From assembly GCA_020444265.1 (NCBI GenBank), contig JAHLLH010000002.1, positions 297,033 to 361,032 of the forward strand: DNA of 64,000 nt. Reading direction: 5' to 3'. Within the stretch, counting starts at the first letter, position 1; each line of letters starts with the position of its first letter. Origin of the DNA: a bacterium (GTDB taxonomy: Bacteria > Electryoneota > Electryoneia > Electryoneales > Electryoneaceae). The notes under the pieces were generated by a model, which was given only the letters and a program-made list of their open reading frames with translations, had not been told where the DNA came from and did not search any database. The position numbers were made by a program, and so were the translations under genes. Positions 58,180 through 64,000 of this stretch are shown in pieces.

Positions 58180-58947
58180 ATGAAGACCAGGGTATTGCGC
58201 TGGACCGTCCTTTCCGGATTTGCAGCGTTTGTTTTGTGGTACGCGTTCGGATATGGGGATCGATCCTTCGAAAATCTCTGTCCCTTCGGGGGTGTTGCGA
58301 GCTTGTATGGTTTGGCTACCGGCGGGGAGTTTACCTGTTCGCTCGGCCCGGCAAACTTGTCGCTGCTGATCGGGATTGTGGTTCTCGCCCTGATCGCGAA
58401 ACGAGCTTTCTGCGGCTGGGTCTGCCCGCTCGGGTTTATCGGAGAGTTGATCTACCGTCTTCGTGAAAAGGTGACACGGAAACGGGTCAAGACCATCCCA
58501 CCGCGTCTCAATGCCTGGCTCAAACCCCTTCGATACATTGTGTTGGTGCTGGTCCTCTATTTCACCTGGCAGACCGGCGACCTGATTTTCCGCGGGTATG
58601 ATCCCTTCTATGCGATCTTCTCCGGGATGGGACACGGCACCCTCGGCTGGATTACCTGGAGCATCCTTGCCATCTTCCTGATCGGATCATGGTTTGTTCC
58701 GATGTTCTTCTGCCGCTATTTCTGCCCACTCGCGGCCACCCTCGACCCCTTTAGCCGTCTCGGGTTGATCAAAGTGAGCCGGAATGCCGAGACCTGCATC
58801 GACTGCAACAAGTGCCACAAGGTCTGCCCGCATGATCTGCACCCGGAAAAGGTGGATGTGCTGCGTCACCATGATTGCACCAACTGCATGGAATGCATCG
58901 ACGCCTGCCCCATCGCGAAGTGTATGACCCTGAAAGCGAAAGTGTAA
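58180..58947 (+). CDS. NapH/MauN/CcoG-like integral-membrane polyferredoxin (2x [4Fe-4S] CxxCxxCxxxCP)
   Basis: Start at MKTRVLRW (ATG with GGGGG upstream; the ORF track used an upstream TTG). TM segments with CPFGG and CGWVCPLG motifs. C-terminal ferredoxin motifs CIDCNKCHKVCP and CTNCMECIDACP. Confidence 0.75.
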   Translation: MKTRVLRWTVLSGFAAFVLWYAFGYGDRSFENLCPFGGVASLYGLATGGEFTCSLGPANLSLLIGIVVLALIAKRAFCGWVCPLGFIGELIYRLREKVTRKRVKTIPPRLNAWLKPLRYIVLVLVLYFTWQTGDLIFRGYDPFYAIFSGMGHGTLGWITWSILAIFLIGSWFVPMFFCRYFCPLAATLDPFSRLGLIKVSRNAETCIDCNKCHKVCPHDLHPEKVDVLRHHDCTNCMECIDACPIAKCMTLKAKV

Positions 58948-58959
58948 GGAGAAGAAACG

Positions 58960-59340
58960 ATGACGATCCCACGTTGGGTGATCCCGGTTCTTGTGGTTGT
59001 CTTCATGTTCGGTGGGTATGGCCTCCGTCTCGCTTTCACTCAGCCCACGACAAACGTGGTCTTCGCTGAGCAGACAGCGAGTGGGGAGATGGCGAAGATC
59101 GAGGCGACGGTTCAGGGAGTAAAATGCAAGGGCACCGCAGGCTTCTTCACAAAGATGTACAACGAAACGCCCGGCATTTACACGATCAAGACCTACGCCT
59201 CCGAGCACAAGGCGGTCTTTACCTACGATCCCTCTGTCACCTCGCCCGACGACATCAAGGCGGTGATGGAGAAGAAGCTGACCTTTGGCGATGGGTCCAA
59301 ACGTCAGATTTTCACCTGTCTGGAGATGGTGGAGAAGTAA
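58960..59340 (+). CDS. Small membrane-anchored protein with ferredoxin-like/HMA-like fold lacking the CxxC metal motif
   Basis: N-terminal TM (IPVLVVVFMFGGYGL). Region EATVQGVKCKGTAGFFTKMYNETPGIYTIKTYASEHKAVFTYDPSVTSPDDIKAVMEK resembles an HMA-like beta-alpha-beta-beta-alpha-beta unit with a single Cys. RBS AAGGAGAAGAAACG. Confidence 0.5.
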   Translation: MTIPRWVIPVLVVVFMFGGYGLRLAFTQPTTNVVFAEQTASGEMAKIEATVQGVKCKGTAGFFTKMYNETPGIYTIKTYASEHKAVFTYDPSVTSPDDIKAVMEKKLTFGDGSKRQIFTCLEMVEK

Positions 59341-59375
59341 GGCACAACGCTCACGATTGTACTGTTGATAGGGTG

Positions 59376-59405
59376 GCCCGACTTGCTCGCAAGTCGGGTT
59401 TACTT
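59376..59405 (+). terminator. Rho-independent terminator ending the 56244..59340 operon
   Basis: CCCGACTTG-CTCG-CAAGTCGGG perfect 9-bp stem followed by TTTACTT. Confidence 0.65.
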
Positions 59406-59761
59406 ATGAAAATATCGCATCAGGTCTCGGCGACACCCTGCTGGGAACGAGGTGGGTGGCATGGTTATCGCAGATAGCCATGCCACCCGCCGCTAAGGAC
59501 CTGACGGAACCATCCCGTGGACCTGACAGAACGTTGCATACGTCAAATGTCCACCCCCCAGTCATCCCCAGCGCACAAGCGCGCGGAAGCGGGCTCGAGG
59601 TTGTCGTTGTGCGCGTCGGGGATCCCCGTAGGCGGAGTTTGTGAACCTTGGCGCTTCGCATCAGGGGATCCCCGACGCGACATGGTGGCCTATGGCCACA
59701 ACAGGGTTACACCCTGTTTGTCGCTGGGGATGACAGGTGCGGAAGATGAGGTCCGGGGTGA

Positions 59762-59800
59762 CACACAGAAAAACCCCGACAGCAAGCTGCCGGGGCTGGA
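59762..59800 (-). terminator. Rho-independent terminator for minus-strand gene 59856..63560
   Basis: Minus-strand reading: CCCCGGCAGC-TTGC-TGTCGGGG (10-bp stem, one G-U) followed by TTTTTCTGTG. Lies just downstream of the stop at 59856 on the - strand. Confidence 0.55.
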
Positions 59801-59855
59801 CTATCTCGTGCTGATATGCAAGCTTGGGTGACGGGGCACCCAAGCCACGTACACG

Positions 59856-62800
59856 CTACCGCATCAGCACCACCTTGCGCACCTGGACCGTCTGGCCCGG
59901 TGCGGTGGCGCGGACGAAGTAGACGCCGCTGGCAAGACGGTGGCCGTCGATTACGTACCGATGATGGCCCGCCTGCTTGTGCCCATCACCGAGCAATGCC
60001 ACCCGCTGCCCAAGCAAATTGAACAGCTCGACACGCATCTCCGCCGCCATCGGCAACCCTACGACCACTGTCGCAGTCGGGTTGAAGGGGTTGGGGTAGA
60101 CAGCTTTGATGCCGTACTCAACCGGCATCGTTGTCCACTCATCCACACCGAGGGATGGTGCGAAGAAGACATGGAAGGTGTCCACCGATTGGGTCGTGTC
60201 GCCCTGTGAAATGGCCTCGACCCACCACTCGACTGAGATGGTATCATCCCATTCGGTAAACAACAGCGAGTCCGGCAGGTTCAACGTCAGGCCGTTTTCT
60301 GCCAGGCTGTCCAGCGAGACGGTGGTATCCACCAGCTCCGCATAGGTGACATGACCGAAGAAGCTGTAAAGCAGCTCCGCGCCTTCGTCCGGATCGCTCG
60401 ACTCATCCCACGTGAAGTTGAGCTCCAACGGTGGGAAGTAGGGCACCCAGGTGCTGTCGAACGGGGTCGACAACCCGAAAGGAGTTGGCGGATCGTTCAG
60501 CGTTGTATTGAACGACCATGTTTCGGTCGAGGTACGGTTGCTGTCGGTAAAGGTGTCGTAGGCGAGCACCTTCCAGAAGAGGGTCATGTTGTCCGCGAGG
60601 GCATCCATCGTGTAGAAGGTGTCCAGGCCAACAGCATAGGTGTCGACGACAGCAAATTCCGCGTCCTCACCAAGCAGCAGCTCGTAGCTGATTTCATCAG
60701 CCGGATCATCATCTGTCGCTGCCCGCCAACGGAAGGTCAGGGGCAACTCGGTCACGAGTGAATCCTGCGCAGGGGTGACCAGCGAGAACTCGTTCGGGAT
60801 CGACACACCACGTCCCTGCAAGCTCACCGCGACATCCTCTTCATCCGGATCATCGCTGATCACATGAAGCTCGCCCATCACCTGCTGGTTGAGGATTGGT
60901 GTGAAGAGGACCTCGATCTCGGCGAAGGTTTCCGGTTCGATGACGACGGGATCGTCAAAGACGACAGAGAAGGTGTCCGGGTCGACCATGGTGACAGAGG
61001 TAACTGTCAGATCACCCGTGCCGAGGTTCAGCACTTGCATCATCCAGCTCCCCGATTCACCCAGCAGCACGTTCCCGAAATCGTGGAACGTCTCCTCGAT
61101 GTGGATATCCGGCACCGGCGCCGGGGTTCCGACACCCTGCAGGTTGATGGTGGTCTCCTCCTCATCCGGATCATTGCTGACCAGGGTGATCACCCCTTGC
61201 CGCAGACCAGTAGCATTCGGCGCAAAGGTGATGACAACCGTGCCTGAACCTTCCGGCGCGATGGTGATCGGTTCGGACGTGGTGAAGACTTCATTGCTGG
61301 AGAGGATTTCGCTAATGACCAGGTTTGCTGTGCCGATGTTCTCGACGACAGCGGTCCAGTCGCGTGTCTCGCCAACCGTCACGCTTCCGAAATCATGTAC
61401 ATCGACATCGATGAAGATGTCCGGTGTTCCCTCTTGAACTCCGATGCCGTTGACCGCGATGGTCACTTCGGCTTCGTCCGGGTCATTGCTTGTAAGCGTG
61501 ATGGTTCCTGACAGTTCGCCGCTTTCGGTGGGCGAGAAGGTGATGGTAACCGTCGCGGAACTCTGGGCCGGAATGTTCACCGGACCGGAGGTGGTGAACG
61601 AGGCATTGTCCGTGGTGATCTGGCTGATCACCAGCTCCTCGTCTCCCACATTCTGCACCGTCGTGTTCCACGGCACCTCTTCACCAACCGTGACCTCACC
61701 GAAGTCGTGCTCGGTGTCGGTCAGGGCGATATCGGGGCCGAGGCCGCCGCTGACCGAGGTCAGCTGGCTGACATTGGTGCCGAAACCGAAGCCGAAGGTG
61801 CCGTCCCCAACCGCGTACTCGGGAACTGCGGGCAGCTCCTGCTGTCCTGCTGCAGACCAGATGCGGAACGAAATCATGTTGCCGGGGGTAAAGCCATCCA
61901 ACTCCTGGCTCGCATCGGCCTGCCAGGCGGTGATGGAAGCCGGCCAATCGCCATCCAAAACAAGCGACCCGACACAGAGCTCGCCGTCAAACACTGCGAT
62001 CTCATCGCCAACACCGAGGGCTTCTTCATCGAGCGAGGCTGCCTGCACTACGACTGCGTAAGGCAGACCGGTTGGCTCGACTGGAGTGAAATGGGCATCA
62101 CCGGCTACACCTACACCTGAGACAGTGACGAGAAGCTCTCCCTCGTCCGGATCGTTGCTGGTGACAGCCAGGGATGCCTCGACCAGACCGGTGGTTGTTG
62201 GTGTGAACTGGACGGAGACCCATTCATTCGTTCCGGGTTCAATCACGATTGGAAATGCCGTGTCAATCGTGAATGCCGGGTGATTGCTGGAAACCCCGCT
62301 GACCGTCAAGTCCTGCTCGCCGCTGTTCTGGATTTCCATGCCCCAGACATCGGTGATTCCAACACTGACCTCGCCAAAACCATGCGTTGTCAGGGGAAGA
62401 TGAATATCAGGATCATCTCCCCCACCCGTCGTTGCAACCAGCATGCTGACATTGGTGCCGAAACCAAAACCGAAGGTTCCATCCCCGACAGCGTATTCGG
62501 GCACGGCTGAAAGTTCCTGCTCGCCAAAGGCGGACCAGATTCGGAAGGTGATCGTATTCCCGGGAGTGAACCCATCAAGCTCCTGGCTGGCGTCCGCCTG
62601 CCATGTGGTGATCGATGCTGGCCAATCTCCATCCAACACAAGCGATCCGACACAGAGGGCGCCATCAAAGACGGCGATCTCGTCGCCCGCACCGAGGGCC
62701 TCTTCGTCGAGCGAGGCTGCCTGCACCACAACAGCATAGGGCAGTCCGGTCGGTGGGACAGAAACAAAATGGGCTGGAGCGGCAACACCTTCGCCGCTGA

Positions 62801-63560
62801 CCGCAACTTCGACCGTGGGTTCATCCGGATCGTTGGACGAGATTGTGATCGTCCCCGTGAACATTCCTTCGGAGTTTGGCGAGAAGTGAACCAATACGGT
62901 TTCTTCCTGCTCGGGGTCGAGGGTCAGGTCACTGGGCTCATCAAGAGTAAACGCTTCGTTATCCGATGTGCCATCTGTTAAGGACAACTCTGCTGTACCA
63001 ACATTGCTGATTGTCACCATCCAGCTCAGCACATCGCCAACTTCCACCTGGCCAAAATCGATGGTTGTCGGTGAAACGTTGATGTCAGGCAGATCCGTGC
63101 TGCCGCTTGTCGCGCTCAGCAGGCTGATGTTGGTGCCGAACCCAAGCCCGAAGGTGCCATCACCCGTGAGATAGGTCGCCGCTCCCGCTGCTTCCATCTC
63201 GGCGGAGGCATCGTAGACGAAATAGCTCATCTCGTTGCCGGAGGTAAACCCCTCGAGTCCCTGGCTGGCGTCTGCCTGCCAGGTGGTCACCGAGAGCGGC
63301 CAGCTTTCACCAACCACACCCGCGCCCACACACAGCTCGCCATCGAAGACACCGATTTCATCGCCAGCGACCAGTCCCTCACCATCGAGAGTGGCCTGCT
63401 GGAAGACAACGGCATACGGCAGGCCGGTTGCTCCTACAGGTGTAAAGTGGTCTTGGGCAGCCGCTGGCATTGTGAGAAGCAGCAGGACACCCATCCACAG
63501 AATCAGTTTCTTCATACCATACTCCTTCCTGCAGTCGGTGTGCCCACCGGGCAGATGCAC
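59856..63560 (-). CDS. Giant secreted T9SS cargo protein: 3 near-identical ~225 aa tandem modules, ASH/choice-of-anchor-D-like Ig-fold repeats, Fn3-like repeats, T9SS CTD
   Basis: Signal peptide MKKLILWMGVLLLLTMPAAA. Three copies of HFTPVxPTGLPYAVVVQAASLDEEALGxGDEIAVFDGELCVGS...GDGTFGFGFGTNVS, each followed by DIxLTxTxHDFGEVxVG...SNDPDE...V.GxG repeats. C-terminal Fn3-like repeats resembling 53074..56103. CTD GIKAVYPNPFNPTATVVVGL...GVYFVRAT...KVVLMR. Confidence 0.85.
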   Translation of the reverse strand: MHLPGGHTDCRKEYGMKKLILWMGVLLLLTMPAAAQDHFTPVGATGLPYAVVFQQATLDGEGLVAGDEIGVFDGELCVGAGVVGESWPLSVTTWQADASQGLEGFTSGNEMSYFVYDASAEMEAAGAATYLTGDGTFGLGFGTNISLLSATSGSTDLPDINVSPTTIDFGQVEVGDVLSWMVTISNVGTAELSLTDGTSDNEAFTLDEPSDLTLDPEQEETVLVHFSPNSEGMFTGTITISSNDPDEPTVEVAVSGEGVAAPAHFVSVPPTGLPYAVVVQAASLDEEALGAGDEIAVFDGALCVGSLVLDGDWPASITTWQADASQELDGFTPGNTITFRIWSAFGEQELSAVPEYAVGDGTFGFGFGTNVSMLVATTGGGDDPDIHLPLTTHGFGEVSVGITDVWGMEIQNSGEQDLTVSGVSSNHPAFTIDTAFPIVIEPGTNEWVSVQFTPTTTGLVEASLAVTSNDPDEGELLVTVSGVGVAGDAHFTPVEPTGLPYAVVVQAASLDEEALGVGDEIAVFDGELCVGSLVLDGDWPASITAWQADASQELDGFTPGNMISFRIWSAAGQQELPAVPEYAVGDGTFGFGFGTNVSQLTSVSGGLGPDIALTDTEHDFGEVTVGEEVPWNTTVQNVGDEELVISQITTDNASFTTSGPVNIPAQSSATVTITFSPTESGELSGTITLTSNDPDEAEVTIAVNGIGVQEGTPDIFIDVDVHDFGSVTVGETRDWTAVVENIGTANLVISEILSSNEVFTTSEPITIAPEGSGTVVITFAPNATGLRQGVITLVSNDPDEEETTINLQGVGTPAPVPDIHIEETFHDFGNVLLGESGSWMMQVLNLGTGDLTVTSVTMVDPDTFSVVFDDPVVIEPETFAEIEVLFTPILNQQVMGELHVISDDPDEEDVAVSLQGRGVSIPNEFSLVTPAQDSLVTELPLTFRWRAATDDDPADEISYELLLGEDAEFAVVDTYAVGLDTFYTMDALADNMTLFWKVLAYDTFTDSNRTSTETWSFNTTLNDPPTPFGLSTPFDSTWVPYFPPLELNFTWDESSDPDEGAELLYSFFGHVTYAELVDTTVSLDSLAENGLTLNLPDSLLFTEWDDTISVEWWVEAISQGDTTQSVDTFHVFFAPSLGVDEWTTMPVEYGIKAVYPNPFNPTATVVVGLPMAAEMRVELFNLLGQRVALLGDGHKQAGHHRYVIDGHRLASGVYFVRATAPGQTVQVRKVVLMR
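61400..63480. repeat. Intragenic tandem DNA repeat, ~680 bp period x3 (within 59856..63560)
   Basis: Units beginning near 61771, 62447 and 63127 (e.g. ACATTGGTGCCGAAACCGAAGCCGAAGGTGCCGTCCCCAACCGCGTACTCGGGAAC vs ACATTGGTGCCGAAACCAAAACCGAAGGTTCCATCCCCGACAGCGTATTCGGGCAC) are ~85-90% identical over hundreds of bp. Confidence 0.8.
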
Positions 63561-63598
63561 CTGGCACCTGCCCGGTGGGGCTCAACCGGACATCCACG

Positions 63599-64000
63599 CT
63601 ACTTCAACAGCATGATCTTCTGCATCTTCGTGGCGGACCCGAAGTCCACACGCAGGAAGTAAACGCCGCTGACCATGTTCGGACGGGCCTGCATGATGTG
63701 ACGGTGGTAACCCGCCTTCATCACGAGGTTCTGCTTCGCGACACGCTGGCCAAGCAGGTTATACAGGGTAAAGGTCACTTCACCACCCTCGGGCAGGCCG
63801 AAGGGGATGGTGATGGACGGGTTGAACGGGTTCGGGTAACCATTGCTGACCGTGAACTCGGTCGGCAGTTCGGCACGTTCCACACTAATCCGTGCGCCTG
63901 CGCCTTCACCGAACTTCGCATTGCTCGACTCAGCCTTCAACGGCAGCTCAGTACCATCTTCGCCGATCAGGCGAACCTTGATGTTCTGGCCACGGGTGAA
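63599..64000 (-). CDS. 3'-end of another T9SS cargo gene (5' end beyond window)
   Basis: The frame stays open in the same reading frame to the window edge (ORF track start is a TTG). C-terminus ...TVSNGYPNPFNPSITIPFGLPEGGEVTFTLYNLLGQRVAKQNL...GVYFLRVDFGSATKMQKIMLLK = T9SS CTD. Confidence 0.75.
   Translation of the reverse strand, partial: FTRGQNIKVRLIGEDGTELPLKAESSNAKFGEGAGARISVERAELPTEFTVSNGYPNPFNPSITIPFGLPEGGEVTFTLYNLLGQRVAKQNLVMKAGYHRHIMQARPNMVSGVYFLRVDFGSATKMQKIMLLK

Noticed and set aside
58133-58183. 16-codon ORF (MGNPSTIETCLGGWQA) between the S26 gene and the NapH-like gene, considered as a possible RiPP precursor
   Set aside because: It overlaps the most plausible start (58180) and RBS of the NapH-like gene in another frame, has no leader-like conservation I can assess, and is very short. 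Insufficient evidence.
1-64000. Searched for tRNA/rRNA genes, CRISPR repeat-spacer arrays, transposase/integrase genes and terminal inverted repeats
   Set aside because: None found. The only periodic repeats are intragenic coding tandem repeats in the cargo genes. No integrase or transposase motif (DDE, tyrosine recombinase R..H..R..Y) was seen in any frame.

Overview
The window holds three blocks and is probably from a T9SS-bearing bacterium. An FCB-group, non-Bacteroidetes origin is suggested by high GC together with Shine-Dalgarno-like GGAGG/GGGGG motifs before many start codons; the sequence does not establish the taxon.
(1) Positions 1-36.4 kb are a single-strand hybrid NRPS/PKS gene cluster. 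It begins with the PCP end of an NRPS gene that is cut by the window edge. Next comes a PKS module (KS-AT-ACP) fused to a class-III aminotransferase, the architecture known to make beta-amino building blocks. Three large NRPS genes follow with domain order C-A-PCP-E-C, then A-PCP-C-A(embedded methyltransferase)-PCP-E, then C-A-PCP-C-A-PCP plus an unusual NAD(P)-binding-like terminal domain in place of a TE. A ParA/MinD-type ATPase gene and a basic protein carrying a DUF697-like domain sit inside the NRPS operon. Downstream are an S12 beta-lactamase-family lipoprotein, a second DUF697-like paralog, a SyrD-like cyclic-peptide ABC exporter, an SPFH/band-7 protein, a LivK-like binding protein fused to an OmpA-like domain, a type II thioesterase, an Sfp-type PPTase and a putative secreted protein.
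(2) A 1.2 kb AT-rich non-coding spacer separates the cluster from an array of giant paralogous secreted proteins. There are five such genes on the + strand and two on the - strand, and all end in a T9SS (Por) C-terminal sorting domain. They combine LVIVD-type beta-propeller repeats, Ig-like repeats, cohesin-like and dockerin-like modules, CarbopepD_reg-like domains, a vWA domain in one, and Fn3-like tandem repeats.
(3) Between the + and - strand arrays lies a compact five-gene operon bounded by terminators: a PqqD-family (RRE-like) protein, an HPr-kinase-related P-loop kinase, a soluble S26 (signal-peptidase-I-like) peptidase, a NapH/MauN-like membrane polyferredoxin, and a small membrane-anchored protein. 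This looks like an uncharacterised peptide-modification (RiPP-like) cassette with no annotated precursor, and is the most interesting candidate system here. The ParA-type ATPase embedded in the NRPS and the cohesin+dockerin T9SS cargo array are the other two.
No rRNA, tRNA, CRISPR array or transposase was recognised.
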